DNA from: an uncultured Chloroflexia bacterium
Lineage (GTDB): Bacteria > Chloroflexota > Anaerolineae > CG2-30-64-16
Reading direction: 5' to 3'
Assembly (NCBI GenBank): GCA_963810095.1
Contig: CAWEMM010000006.1
Span: 672,001 to 736,000, forward strand
Length of the DNA: 64,000 bases
A program made the translations under genes and the position numbers. The notes beneath the pieces were generated by a model. That model searched no databases. It was not told the DNA's origin and saw nothing but the letters and a program-made list of their open reading frames with translations. Each line of letters begins with the position of its first letter. Position 1 is the stretch's first letter. Positions 44,170 to 55,873 of this stretch are shown in pieces.

Positions 44170-46791
44170 ATGAATCAGGATGCCTTGGACAGGCGCATGG
44201 ACGATCGGGAAGCGCCCGGCATAGACGACCAGCCGGGCTGGGGACACAACTGGTCCCTCGTGCAGATGTTGGCGCGGCGCAAGCCCGGGCGCCAGCGCGA
44301 GGCACGCCGGCCCCGGGTGCAGGATGTCGATACACACGAGGGTAACGAGTACCCCGTGCTCGCGCTGCCCGAGACCGTCGTCTTCCCGAACATGGTCACA
44401 CCCCTGTTCCTTGGGCGTGACCGGACCTCGTTGGCCGTCGAAGCGGCGGAGTCAACCGAGAGCCCCCTGCTGGTTGTCGGCGTGCGTGAACACGCCAGCG
44501 AACTGGAGCCCGAAGCGCTCGAGCTCGCGGACCTCTACCAGATCGGCACGGCCGTCGAGATTGGCCGGGTGCTGCGCATGCCCGACGGCTCGACCACCGT
44601 GCTCGTGCAGGGCATCGAACGGGTGCGGCTGACCGAGCTGATCGACACGTCGCCATATCTCCGCGTGCGCGGCGCGCCCATCTACGAGGACGAGCGCCAC
44701 GATATGGCGTCCGAAGCCCTGATGCGCGCCGTGCTCGCCCTGTTCGAGAAAGTCGTCTCCCTCAACCCGAACCTGCCCGACGATTCGTTCGTCGCGGCCA
44801 TGAACGAGAAGGACCCGGGCGGCCTGGCCGACCTGCTGGCCCACGTCCTCGACGTTGAACCCAACATCCGCCAGGAGCTGCTCGAGACGCTCGACCCGCA
44901 CCTGCGGCTGCAGCGCCTGAGCATCATCCTCGGCCAAGAGCTGGATGTGCTCGAGCTCGAGGACCGCATCCAAAACCAGGTGCAGCAGGAGGTCGACAAG
45001 AGCCAGCGCGAGTACTACCTGCGTGAGCAGATGCGCGCGATCCAAACGGAGCTCGGCGAGGTGGACGAGGAGCAACGCGAGCTGGTCGAGCTGCGCGAGA
45101 AGATCGCCGCGGCCCGCCTGCCCGAGTCTGTTCGCACCAAGGCCGAGAAGGAGCTGGGCAAGCTGGCGGCCATGCCGCCCGCGTCGCCAGAAACGACCGT
45201 AGTGCGCAACTACCTGGACTGGCTGCTCGATCTGCCCTGGTATACGGCAACCGAGGATAACCTGGACGTGAAGGCCGCGGCCCAGATGCTCGAGCACAAT
45301 CACTACGGCCTGCCCCGCGTCAAGGAGCGCATTCTCGAACACATCGCCGTGCGGAAGCTCGCGCAGGACAAGATGAAAAGCCCGATCCTCTGCTTCGTCG
45401 GACCGCCGGGCACCGGAAAGACGAGCCTGGGCAAGTCAATTGCCGAGGCGCTCGGCCGCAAGTTCGTGCGGCTGAGCCTGGGCGGCGTGCGCGACGAGGC
45501 AGAAATCCGGGGCCACCGCCGAACCTATATCGGCTCACTCCCGGGCCGCATCATCCAGACCATGCACTCGGCCGGCGCGGTGAACCCGCTCTTCATGCTG
45601 GATGAGATCGACAAGCTCGGCATCGACTTCCGCGGTGACCCTGCGTCTGCCCTGCTGGAAGTGCTCGATCCCGAGCAGAACCACGCGTTCAGCGATCACT
45701 ACCTGGAAGTGCCGTACGACCTGAGCCGGGTCATGTTCATCACCACGGCGAACCTGCTCGATCCGATCCCGCCGGCGCTGCGCGACCGGCTGGAGGTGAT
45801 CGATTTTCCCGGCTACACCGAGGAAGAAAAGCTGGCCATCGCCCGGCAGTTCCTCATCCCGCGCCAGTTGGAGTCGCACGGGTTGACCGAGGAACACATC
45901 CAGTTCAGCGTGGCGGCCCTGCGCACGATGGTGCGCGAGTACACCTACGAAGCCGGGGTGCGCAACCTCGAGCGGGCCATCGCTAACGTTTGCCGGAAGG
46001 TCGCGCGGCGGGTGGCCGAGGGGCGCAAGGCCCCCCACCGGATCACGCCCGCCACGGTGACTGATTTTCTGGGCCCCCCTGAGTTCACCGAGTGGCTCGC
46101 GCTCGAGACGGACGAGATCGGGGTGGTGAACGGGCTGGCCTGGAGCGAAGCGGGCGGCGACGTGATGCAGGTCGAGGTTTCGGTCATGGAGGGCAAGGGC
46201 TCGCTGACCCTCACCGGGCAGATCGGCGAGATCATGCAGGAATCCGCGCAGGCCGCACTGACGTACGCGCGCGCGCACGCCCGGGAATTCGGGTACGGCG
46301 ATCTGGACTTCGACAAAGTCGACATTCACATCCACGTGCCCGAAGGTGCGATCCCAAAGGATGGCCCAAGCGCAGGCGTGACGATCTGCACCTCCCTAAT
46401 TTCCGCCCTGAGCGGGTGCCCGGTGCGGCATGACGTGGCGATGACCGGCGAGCTGACCTTGCGGGGCCGGGTGCTGCCGATCGGCGGGCTTAAGGAGAAA
46501 CTTCTTGCCGCCCACCGGCTGCACATCAAGACCGTGCTGATCCCCAAGCGGAACGAGCGCGACCTGATGGACGTGCCCCGCGACGTTCAGCGCCAACTCA
46601 AACTGGTGCTGATCGAAAAGGTCGACGAAATCCTGCCGCACGCGCTGCTGGCGCCACCCGAGGCGCCGCCCAAGCCCAAGCGCCCGCCCCGCCCGCGGAA
46701 GAAGGTCACGCCTCCGCCTGAGAACGGTGCGGACCGCGGGCCCGAGGCCGCCGGCGTCGCAACCGCAGTGTCGTCCGAGACCGATATGTAG
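44170..46791 (+). CDS. lon: Lon protease (endopeptidase La)
   Basis: LON N-domain, [30 protein letters not shown] (Ser), GGLKEK (Lys). Confidence 0.97.
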   Translation: MNQDALDRRMDDREAPGIDDQPGWGHNWSLVQMLARRKPGRQREARRPRVQDVDTHEGNEYPVLALPETVVFPNMVTPLFLGRDRTSLAVEAAESTESPLLVVGVREHASELEPEALELADLYQIGTAVEIGRVLRMPDGSTTVLVQGIERVRLTELIDTSPYLRVRGAPIYEDERHDMASEALMRAVLALFEKVVSLNPNLPDDSFVAAMNEKDPGGLADLLAHVLDVEPNIRQELLETLDPHLRLQRLSIILGQELDVLELEDRIQNQVQQEVDKSQREYYLREQMRAIQTELGEVDEEQRELVELREKIAAARLPESVRTKAEKELGKLAAMPPASPETTVVRNYLDWLLDLPWYTATEDNLDVKAAAQMLEHNHYGLPRVKERILEHIAVRKLAQDKMKSPILCFVGPPGTGKTSLGKSIAEALGRKFVRLSLGGVRDEAEIRGHRRTYIGSLPGRIIQTMHSAGAVNPLFMLDEIDKLGIDFRGDPASALLEVLDPEQNHAFSDHYLEVPYDLSRVMFITTANLLDPIPPALRDRLEVIDFPGYTEEEKLAIARQFLIPRQLESHGLTEEHIQFSVAALRTMVREYTYEAGVRNLERAIANVCRKVARRVAEGRKAPHRITPATVTDFLGPPEFTEWLALETDEIGVVNGLAWSEAGGDVMQVEVSVMEGKGSLTLTGQIGEIMQESAQAALTYARAHAREFGYGDLDFDKVDIHIHVPEGAIPKDGPSAGVTICTSLISALSGCPVRHDVAMTGELTLRGRVLPIGGLKEKLLAAHRLHIKTVLIPKRNERDLMDVPRDVQRQLKLVLIEKVDEILPHALLAPPEAPPKPKRPPRPRKKVTPPPENGADRGPEAAGVATAVSSETDM

Positions 46792-46818
46792 CACCCGGGA
46801 GCCCGGGAGGAGGAGCGC

Positions 46819-48015
46819 ATGTTCAAAGGCCGCGGCGGCGTCGTGCTCTTTATCATCATCATCGTCCTGGTGATCGCCGCGTACTTGCTCCTGCGCCGAG
46901 GCGGGAGCCTGCCGTTCTTTGGCCGCACGACAGAAACGCCGACCATTCCCGTCGACTTGCAGGCCATAGTTCCCCCGGGCTGGACCGTCCTCTCGGATCC
47001 CCTCGTGCAGTGCGACTTCGACGGGGACGGCCTCCTCGAGTGGCTCGTTTTCTATCGCTACAACAGCACGACCCTGCCTGTGCCGTTCGAGAAGGCCGGG
47101 ACGACCCTGACGTTTGCGCCGTACGGGGGCGTGATCTTCGATACCCAAGCCGACACCCTCCAGCCGCAGCCCGACAGCCCGGGGCCCTACCGGGCCTCGA
47201 ATACGGTCCCGTACAAACTGCTGCCGGATTACTATGCGGGGAAGGGGCAAGGGTACCTGGCCGAGACCGGCATCGACGTGGAGTACGCTCCGGCCATCAA
47301 GGCGGGTGCAGGTTGTTCGACCAGCGAGATCAACGTCTTCGGCTACAGCGGGGGTCAACTGCCGACCCGCGTGTCGGTCTTCCACTGGGCAGGGATCGAA
47401 GCGGGCTACCAGGTGGCCCACTTCCCCGGTGACGCGCGGGTGAACTGGACGACGGGCGCCGAGGGTAAGGTCAACGGCGCCACGACCTATAACCGCCTCC
47501 AAAACCACCGCAGCGTTCTGTGTGACGTTCAGGCCTTCCTGCGGCCCGATCTGAGCGTCCTCACATTCATCCCCAATGCGGCGGTTCAGACCATCGACTT
47601 CTGCTTTGGCGCACCCAACGATCCGGTCTATCCGGAAGGCGTCGTGGTGGCCGTCCTGCGCGGCGCGCCCCCGCCCACGACCACCGGCTTACCCAGTTAC
47701 TTCCTGGACGATGCGATCGTCCCGGCCGAGCTCCAGTTCCTCACGGACCCGGTGCACGAGGCGGTCAATATCGTCGCGCTCGGCAACCCGTCGAGCGTGA
47801 CACCCGTGCCCGTGCGGGGCGCACCCTGCACGACGGACCAGATCAGGACGGCCGACAAGGACCAGTTCTGGTGCGGCCGTGAGAGCGTGCGGGTGGAGAC
47901 GCGCATGATTCTCAACGGCGTCCCGCGAGATGCCGTATGGATCCTGGAGAGCGTCGTGCCCACCACTCCGAACGCCGGGCTCTACTGGCGCATCTCGGAG
48001 GTCGAGCTGTCGTGA
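46819..48015 (+). CDS. Membrane-anchored extracellular hypothetical protein
   Basis: GGAGG RBS, N-terminal TM, DFDGDG Ca-binding-like loop, several Cys. Confidence 0.7.
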   Translation: MFKGRGGVVLFIIIIVLVIAAYLLLRRGGSLPFFGRTTETPTIPVDLQAIVPPGWTVLSDPLVQCDFDGDGLLEWLVFYRYNSTTLPVPFEKAGTTLTFAPYGGVIFDTQADTLQPQPDSPGPYRASNTVPYKLLPDYYAGKGQGYLAETGIDVEYAPAIKAGAGCSTSEINVFGYSGGQLPTRVSVFHWAGIEAGYQVAHFPGDARVNWTTGAEGKVNGATTYNRLQNHRSVLCDVQAFLRPDLSVLTFIPNAAVQTIDFCFGAPNDPVYPEGVVVAVLRGAPPPTTTGLPSYFLDDAIVPAELQFLTDPVHEAVNIVALGNPSSVTPVPVRGAPCTTDQIRTADKDQFWCGRESVRVETRMILNGVPRDAVWILESVVPTTPNAGLYWRISEVELS

Positions 48016-49443
48016 GCCGGCCGCCCTACGACCTGGATCGCCCTCAACTCGATAATCTTCTCGCTGCCGGCCCGGGCGAACGAGCGGCCTTCCTGCCGGC
48101 CAATCCGGCCCCCGCCCGGCTTGCGGAAACCCTGGTCGCGCTGGCAAACGCCCACGGCGGACTCGTGCTGATCGGCGTGAGCCCGAGCGGTAAGGCCACC
48201 GGGATTAACGAGTCGGAGGAAGGCCGCGCGGCCAGCCAGACCCTCGTGCAGGAAGCTGGCCTGCTGGCCACCCCGCCGCTCATCCTGCCGCTGGTCACCT
48301 TCGTGCCGCTCGATGCGGGCAAGACTCTTTGCGTGGCCCAGGTGCCGCCCGGCATGCCGCACGCCTACAGCCTCAACGGCCGCTACTTGACCCGAACCGG
48401 GGCGGCCAATCGCCTGTTGAGCGCGTCCGAACTCACCGCCCTGCTGCTCAGCCGGGCAGAAGCGGGGTTCGAAGCCCGGACGGCGCCGGGCGCGACCCTC
48501 GCCGACCTCGATCTCGACGCGGTGCTGGCCTACGTCGACCAACTGCCGGGCCTGGTCGGCGAGGGCTGGCAGCGCGTCCTGGCGAGCCGGGGGTGCCTGG
48601 CCCCTCAACCAGGAGGCGCCGGCGAGGCGCCGGGCCTGGCGCCGACTTATGCAGGTATCCTTGTTTTCGGCCGCCAGCCACAGCGTTTCCTCCGCAACGC
48701 GCAGATCACGCTGATCCGCTACCCCGGGACAAACATGGGCGACGAGTTTGTCCGTGACGACGCCAGTGGAACGCTGCCCGAGCAGATACGGCGGGCCGAG
48801 ACCTTTGTGACGACCAACATGCGCCGGGGCATGCGCATCGGCGGGGTGGCGCGCACCGAGGTGAGCGAGTACCCGCTGCCCGTGGTGCGGGAGGCCATTG
48901 TCAACGCGGTGGCGCACCGCGATTACGCCATCCGCGGCGACGACGTGCGCGGTGCTGATGTTCAGCGACCGGATGGAAATCTACAGCCCGGGCCGCCTGC
49001 CGGGCCACGTCACCCTGGACAATCTCCTGACCGAGCGTTTTTCGCGCAACGAGGCAATCGTGCAGGCCCTATCCGATCTCGGTTTCGTCGAGCGGCTCGG
49101 CTACGGCATCGACCGGATGGTCGCGGCGATGAACGACGCGGGGCTGCCGGCCCCCACGTTTGAAGAGACCGTCGCAGGCTTCCGGGTGACCCTCCACGGC
49201 CGCGGCGAGAACCTGGTCAGCCCCGAGCCTGCCCCGCGCTGGCGCAACCTGCGGCTGGAGCCCCGCCAGGAACGCGCCCTCGCATACCTCGCCGAACACG
49301 GCGCAATCACCAACCGGGAGTTCCGCGAGCTGGTCCCCGACATCAGCGACGAGACCGTGCGCCGCTTGTTGGCGGACCTCGTCGACCAGGGGCTGATCAT
49401 CAAGGTGGGCGAGCGGAAGGCCACGTACTACATCCTGAAGTAG
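48012..49443 (+). CDS. AlbA_2 + HATPase_c_4 + wHTH putative transcriptional regulator, frameshift near 48950
   Basis: [48 protein letters not shown]. Confidence 0.88.
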
Positions 49444-49462
49444 GAGCGAGCCGGCTGCACGT

Positions 49463-49912
49463 TTAGACCCACTGGCCGAGCTGAAACTCTGCGGCAAACG
49501 GATTAACGGTTCGGATCCCTTCGACCACCGCGCCATCGCTGAAGTCCTCGCTGAAAATCACAGGGATCTGGTTCAGGCGAGCGGTGGCCCAGATCTGGGC
49601 GTCCCAGATCCGCATCTGGTGCTGAAGGGCGCCGCGCGCCGCTTCCAGAACAATCAGCGGTGTGATATCCAGCACGGGCCAAGCCATGATCATGTTCCTG
49701 ACCCGCTCGTGGGCTTCCTCGGATGTCAGTGGATCGGCGATGCGCCGGGTGACAGCATTATGGAACTCAATGAGGACCTGGCTACTGAGGATACCCTTTC
49801 TGCTGGCAGCGAGTTCATTGAGGACGCCCAAGGCCTGGACCTGTTTGATTGGCTCTGATCGATCATACGCGTAGACGACGACATTGGTATCGATCAGAAT
49901 CCTATCGGTCAT
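49463..49912 (-). CDS. vapC: PIN-domain toxin (VapC-like)
   Basis: ILIDTNVVVY, QVLIEF, WDAQIWATA, FSEDF, NPF. Confidence 0.9.
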   Translation of the reverse strand: MTDRILIDTNVVVYAYDRSEPIKQVQALGVLNELAASRKGILSSQVLIEFHNAVTRRIADPLTSEEAHERVRNMIMAWPVLDITPLIVLEAARGALQHQMRIWDAQIWATARLNQIPVIFSEDFSDGAVVEGIRTVNPFAAEFQLGQWV

Positions 49913-50159
49913 GTAAATCCTCACGGCTCCAGGTTCGCTGGCCCGCAACAGGTCCTTTTGCCATGCGTAAGCGGATAAAGTCCTGTTCCCGTGCCCAGGC
50001 TTCCGATGCAGCCCAAGGATGTCGCAGAATCCTCGTCTGGTTGTCAATGGCCTGGCGGATAATCTCGGCCTCACTGGTCCCGGTTTCGGCTACCTGACGC
50101 TTGAGCGCAGCCTCCTGCTGAGGATCGAGATATACCTGCTTGCGGAGCTTTCGCACCAT
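49902..50159 (-). CDS. CopG/RHH antitoxin
   Basis: RKQVYL..LK..SEAEIIRQAI, C-terminal WSREDLHDR; overlaps toxin start. Confidence 0.85.
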   Translation of the reverse strand: MVRKLRKQVYLDPQQEAALKRQVAETGTSEAEIIRQAIDNQTRILRHPWAASEAWAREQDFIRLRMAKGPVAGQRTWSREDLHDR

Positions 50160-50167
50160 CTTAGCTC

Positions 50168-50219
50168 TCCTGGTCCGATGTATACATTACATTATACATC
50201 ACCAGGAACACAGATTCAA
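50168..50219 (-). promoter_or_regulatory. TA operon promoter with palindromic operator
   Basis: Minus strand TTGAAT-17 bp-TATAAT; inverted repeat GATGTATA/TATACATC flanked by TCCTGGT/ACCAGGA over the -10. Confidence 0.75.
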
Positions 50220-50608
50220 CTGGCGCGAATCCGGACCAGGAATCTATCCGAAGATGCTCTGGCCGGTCTCGTACGCCGGCCTGGCTGGCGCCCGGACCAG
50301 GCGGGGCACGGTCAGAGACCGGCCCCAGCTTACTCTCGGATAGGTACTAATGAGCACAAACACGATCATGACTTGCGAGCATCATAGCCTCAAGTCCGCG
50401 AGCCGGACGGCCCCCCGAGGTCCTTTGTTTTTCACCGGAACATTCCTTCACATGTTCCGTTTAAGTTAAGGATTGTCGCATCCACCACGCCTTGCCGCGC
50501 CTGTGGTCTGCGCGTATAATTACAGAAGTGTCCCTGATACTTCTGCCAGACTCTTATCAGCAACCCGCAATCATTTGGATACCTTTGTCCAGCTAAGGGA
50601 GAAAAACT

Positions 50609-52156
50609 ATGCTGATCCCGAGCCTGCTGCTTAAGAAGCTTTACACTCTCGGCAGCCTGAAGAACACGGCTGATGGCGTCGCTTTTTCGATTAAGAACCG
50701 CCTCAGCGACGCAGAGCTGATCGCGCTGAAAGCCGTCGCGATCGACGGCCACGAAATTCCACCGCAACGCCATCCGGCTGTCGATGGCCGACGGGCGCGC
50801 GCTGCGTCCCGAGCAGATCTCCGCCGCCAGTCCGCTCGTCTTTCCCGCTGCGCACCACGGTCGACATCCTGCGCCGCGATTCCTGCCCTGCGCGACGGCA
50901 AGCATACCTTCGGTCGTTGGCTTCGAATCGCGCCCGTTTGGCAAGCTCCAGTTCTCGGTCGAGGATGCGACCAGCGCCGCGGTCGAGGAACAGGTTCGGA
51001 TCCCGCGGGATGCGAACGACGACTACAACGAAGCCGATCATTGCCGAGCGCCAGGCCTTTGTCGAGCAGTTTTCCGGCCAGCGGCTCGACCACGTGAAGC
51101 ACTACTCGTTCGACGCGCAACGGGTGAAGGGCAATGTGGAGCATTTCACCGGCGTCGCGCAGGTCCCAATCGGCTTCGCAGGGCCGATCAAGATCGACGG
51201 CGAAGCCGCGCAGGGTGAGTTCATCATTCCGCTGGCGACGACGGAGGGGACGCTGGTGGCCTCCTACAACCGGGGCATCAAGGTGATCAACCTGTGCGGT
51301 GGCGTCAAGTGCACCGTCATCGACGACGTGATGCAGCGCGCGCCCGTCTTCGCGTTCGACGATGCCCGCGGGCGCCCGCGACTTCGTCAAGTGGATCTGC
51401 GACAACTTCGACAAGATCAAGGAAGAGGCCGAAGCGACTTCGAAGGTCGCCAAGCTCAAGTACATCGACCCGTTCCTCGCCAACAAGTTCGCCTACCTGC
51501 GGTTCAACTTCTTCACGGGCGACGCGGCAGGCCAGAACATGGTTGGCCGGGCCACTTTCGCCGCCTGCAGCTGGATCATCGACCATTATCCCGGCATCCG
51601 GCGCTTCTACCTGGAATCCAATTTTGCTACGGACAAGAAGGCCTCGCAGATCAACATCATGCGCACCCGCGGCAAGCGCGTGACGGCCGAGGTCATCGTG
51701 TGCCGCGATACCCTGATCCAGCAACTGCGGGTGGAACCCGAGCAACTGGCGTATCATCACGGCGTAGCAAACGTGGGCGCATTCCTTTCGGGCGCCAACA
51801 ACAACGGCCTGCATGCGGCGAACGCCATCACGGCCATGTTCATTGCCACCGGCCAGGATGTGGCGAACGTGGCCGAGTCGTCGGCCGGCATCATCTACAC
51901 CGAGCTGACGCCGGACCGCGACCTGTACCTCTCGCTGACGCTCCCGTCGCTGATCGTGGCGACCTACGGCGGCGGCACGGGCCTGGCCACGCAGCGCGAG
52001 TGCCTCGAGATGCTGGGCTGCTACGGCAAGGGCAAGGTGCACAAGTTCGCCGAGATCGTCGCGGGCGTAGCGCTCGCCGGCGAGCTGTCGCTGGCATCCG
52101 CCATCTCGTCGCTCGACTGGGTGTCGTCGCACGAGACGTACGGCCGGAACCGGTAA
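50609..52156 (+). CDS. hmgA: Class I hydroxymethylglutaryl-CoA reductase with extra N-terminal domain, several frameshifts
   Basis: EHFTG..VPIG, PLATTEGTLVAS, GDAAGQNMV, SNFATDKK, ATGQDVAN, TYGGGT, C-terminal His (SHE). Confidence 0.9.
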
Positions 52157-52172
52157 CGGGGTTCGGTATTAA

Positions 52173-52214
52173 GGGTGCGGCCTGCAGAGAACCGGCTCTC
52201 TACAGGCCGCACCC
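52173..52214 (+). terminator. Hairpin after HMG-CoA reductase gene
   Basis: GGGTGCGGCCTG ... CAGGCCGCACCC 12-bp stem. Confidence 0.65.
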
Positions 52215-52217
52215 CTA

Positions 52218-52276
52218 ATTTCTGATTGCGCCACATTTCTGATTGCATTGACAAAGCCTTCACTTACGACGATACT
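52218..52276 (+). promoter_or_regulatory. Promoter of GH13 gene with upstream 12-bp direct repeat
   Basis: TTGACA(52248)-17 bp-GATACT; ATTTCTGATTGC at 52218 and 52235. Confidence 0.65.
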
Positions 52277-52312
52277 TCCTCGCACAACTTGCGTTGCTCG
52301 AGGAGGAGACTC

Positions 52313-54050
52313 ATGTCCGGCCGTCGTTTTGCGCCGAGGTCCCTGGCACTAATACTGCTGCTGGCGCTGATTTTGGCGGGCTGCACGCCCGGCGCGACGC
52401 CTGCACCCACGGCCGCTGCGCCTGCGGCCCGCACCACGCCCGTTCCCCCCACGGCTGCGGCCGACGGCAACCTTGCCGCCCACGGCAACGCCGCGCGCCT
52501 ACGCGTGGCGCCACACGCCCGCCCCGGCCACGAAATGGTGGAACGACGACGTCTTCTACGAGATCTTCGTCCGCTCCTTCCAGGACTCAGACGGCGACGG
52601 CATCGGCGACTTCAAGGGGCTGAGTCGAAGCTGGACTACCTGAACGACGGCGATCCGAACACGACCGACGATCTCGGCGTCACGGGCATCTGGCTCATGC
52701 CCATCCACGCCGTCCCCGTCTTATCACGGCTACGACGTCACCGATTACAAGGCGATCAATCCGGAGTACGGCACGATGGAGGACTTCAAGGAGTTCCTCG
52801 ACGAGGCGCACAAGCGCGGCATCAAAGTCATCATCGACCTGGTGATGAACCACACCTCGTCGAAGCATCCCTGGTTCGTCGAGGCGCAGGATCCCGAAGT
52901 CGCCCAAGCACGACTGGTACGTGTGGTCTGAGACGCGCGACGGGGCCGGATTGGCATGAGGCGGGGCAAAAGGTGAAGTACTACGGCGCATTCGGCGGCC
53001 ACATGCCCGACCTGAACTACAAGAACCCGGAGGTCACGGCGGCGATGTTCGACATCGTGCGCTTCTGGCTCGAGGACGTGAGGTCGACGGCTTCCGGCTC
53101 GATGCGATCAAGTACCTGTCGAAGAAGACGGCCGGACGGTCGAGCACGCGCCGGCCACCTTCAAGTGGCTGAAGGAGTTCTACAAGTTCTACAAGAGCTT
53201 CAACCCGGACGCGTTTACCGTCGGCGAGGTGTGGGCCGAGACGAGGATCGTCGCAAGTTTATGTTCCCGACAAGGTGGACATCGCTTTCGAGTTCGACAT
53301 GGCCGAAGGCATGGTCACGTCGGCCAAGCTGCGGGACGCCGCTAACGTTGCGCAAACCCAGGCGAAGGTCGACAAGCTCTACCCGCCCGGCCAGTTCGCG
53401 TTCCTTCCTCGCCAACCACGACCAGAACCGCACCCGCTCGGAGGTCGAGGAGGACGGCCAGGCGCCGCCGCCGCCAGCCTCGACCTGCTCTACCCCGGCG
53501 TGCCGTTCATCTATTACGGCGAAGAGATCGGCATGCAGGGCGTCAAGCCGGACGAGAATATCCGCCGGCCGATGCAGTGGACCGCGGCGGGGGGCTTCAC
53601 GACGTGGCGAGCCGTGGAACGCGTATTTCGACGACGAGGCGACCCGGAACGTCGCGGCGACAAAGCGCCGACCCGGCCTCGCTGCTCAACCACTACCGCG
53701 ACCTCATCCGCCTGCGCAACACGTATCCCGCCCTGCGCACAGGCGATTGGCGCGGGGTGACCGTCGAGAGGCGCGTCCGTCGGTTTACAGCTTCATGCGC
53801 TAGCAGGGCGACGAACGTTTTCTGGTGCTCGTTAACCTGGGCAAGGAGTCCGTGACCGATTACGCCCTGAGCCTGGAAGCTCAACCCGGCGCCAATCCTT
53901 CCGCACGGCCGGTAAAGGCAGAGTTGGTATTCGGGTCCGGAAGACGCGGCCCAAGACATCCCGACGATGCCGACCGACGGTTTCGAGGGTTACAAGCCCA
54001 TTGCGACCTTGCCTCCCTACAGCACGTTCGTGATCCGGTATTCGCGATGA
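52313..54050 (+). CDS. GH13 alpha-amylase-family lipoprotein, many frameshifts
   Basis: Lipobox [62 protein letters not shown]. Confidence 0.9.
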
Positions 54051-54864
54051 CGCTGCCGGGAGTTTCGCTGCCCGATGACCGCTACCGCCGGGTGACCGGC
54101 TTCGTGCTCGGCGCGCTCGTGGGCCTCACCTACGCGGCGGTATACCAGTTCGGCGATCAGTTGGCCCTGCCCGGCGTGCCCCTCTACCAGCCGCCGTTCG
54201 GCTTGGCCGGCAACTCGTCATGTACGCGCTCGGCGGCGGGCTGCTCGGCCTCATTACTGCCTGGCCGCGCAGCGGCCTGGTCGGGACTTTCATCGCCGCG
54301 GCCCTCAGTGCGGCAGTTCTCATCCTGTCTTCCCTGATCAGTGCGAACGCGGCCGCACGTACGGGCGTGGGCGCCAGCGTCATCCTCGCGCTGTTCGTCG
54401 GGCTGCCTTTCTGGGCGCTGCTGGTGCCCATGCTGGGCGCGCTGCGCTGGGTGGTGAGCCACGACGAAGAGGCGCGTCGCGACGACCAACCGTGGTATCG
54501 CCGGGCCTGGCAGCCCGTCATCCTCCTGCTCATCGTCGGGGTTGTGGGCCTGACCGGCCTCTACCACGAGCGTGCGCGGCTGCTCATCGCCAAGACGCAC
54601 ACGATGCTGCAGGCCGCGCAGTCGGGCGGCCCGCTGCCCGAACCGCTGGCAGATACGGCCTTCGCAGACCCGCGGCCAGGGTCCATATGAACTTTCCTGG
54701 GAACAAGATCGATAGAGCGGTATCGCATCCCGCGTCCGGGCAAGAATTTCGATCAGCATTCAGTGGTGGTGGCACGGTTCAGGAATGGGTGGAACCTCGT
54801 CTGTCTCTACATCGACCCGACCGACCCGCCGCTCTGTAAGGAGATGGAGGTACTTCCGCGTTGA
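54047..54864 (+). CDS. Multi-TM hypothetical protein, tandem paralog 1, frameshifted
   Basis: LPGVPLYQPPFG, LRWVV, FDQHSVVVARF..LVCLY. Confidence 0.65.
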
Positions 54865-55757
54865 GAGATAGTCGGAGTGATGTATCGACCTGGGAACGCG
54901 CAACAACACTCGACCCGGCCGCCGCGGCCGCCCGCGACCGTGACCGGCTGCGTGCCGGCATCGTCCTCGGCGCAGTGCTCGGGCTCGCTTATGGACTGGT
55001 GTCGCAACTTGTCAACCGCATCGCACTCCCCGGCATCCCATTGTACCAGCCGCCCGCCGGGCCGCTGGGAAACATGCTGCTGAGCGCGGTGATGGGCGCC
55101 GTGTTGGGCGGCATCACCTGCTACCCGGCCAGCGCAGCCCTCGGCATCCTGTTTGGTGGGCTCGCGTCGCTGGCCGGCATTCTGATCTACATGCTCATCC
55201 GCCTGGGCGGCTTGGGCTTCGGCGGCGCGCTGATCGGCAGCGTGATTTTCTCCGTACCGATGGCGTGGCTGACCATCCCGCTGCTGGCGCTGCTGCGGTG
55301 GGTGGCCGAGCGGCAAGTGGAGGCGCGCCGGGTGGGCGAACCGCTGCTGCGCCGCATGTGGCTGCCGGCCGTCTTGGTCGTCGCCATGATCTTCGTCGCC
55401 TCATTCGAACTGCTGCCCGCAGCGGGCCAGGATAACCTGCGCCGCACCGACGCCTTGATCCAGCAAGGACTGCAGGCGGACTCCGCGGCCGCCCTGCCCG
55501 AGCCGCTGCGCGGGCCTCACATGACCACGTTCCCGCCTGCTCAGAAGACTGGGTACACGCTCGAGTGGACGAAGTACGACCTGGACCGCTTCAACGAGCT
55601 GCGCCCGCCCGCGAACTTCGACCAGCACGCCGCGGTCATCGCCCGGTTCCCGGGCAGCTACTACCTGGTGTGCCTGTACCCGACGCCCAAACAAACGCCG
55701 AACTGCGCGAACTATGACCGGATGCCGGAAAAAGCGCCCGAGCGGAGGGAATCGTAG
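54861..55757 (+). CDS. Multi-TM hypothetical protein, tandem paralog 2
   Basis: LPGIPLYQPPAG, LRWVA, FDQHAAVIARF..LVCLY. Confidence 0.7.
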   Translation: MRDSRSDVSTWERATTLDPAAAAARDRDRLRAGIVLGAVLGLAYGLVSQLVNRIALPGIPLYQPPAGPLGNMLLSAVMGAVLGGITCYPASAALGILFGGLASLAGILIYMLIRLGGLGFGGALIGSVIFSVPMAWLTIPLLALLRWVAERQVEARRVGEPLLRRMWLPAVLVVAMIFVASFELLPAAGQDNLRRTDALIQQGLQADSAAALPEPLRGPHMTTFPPAQKTGYTLEWTKYDLDRFNELRPPANFDQHAAVIARFPGSYYLVCLYPTPKQTPNCANYDRMPEKAPERRES

Positions 55758-55772
55758 CAGCATGGAGGACTC

Positions 55773-55843
55773 ACCATAAAGACACCAAGACACGCAGAAT
55801 CACAGAGGCTTCGTGCATCTCCGTGTCCTTGAGTCTTTGTGGT
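55773..55843. repeat. Inverted repeat, family B copy 2
   Basis: ACCATAAAGACACCAAGACACG ... CGTGTCCTTGAGTCTTTGTGGT. Confidence 0.75.
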
Positions 55844-55873
55844 TCGCCTAAGCCTTCAAGAACGGAGCCGCCG

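Noticed and set aside
48012-50159. AlbA protein plus TA pair as a defence island or prophage remnant
   Set aside because: The AlbA gene is operonic with lon; no integrase, att sites or other defence genes seen
53801-53803. In-frame TAG within the GH13 gene as possible pyrrolysine/readthrough
   Set aside because: Single case in an error-rich region, at a non-catalytic position, with no pyl genes; a base-call error is more likely
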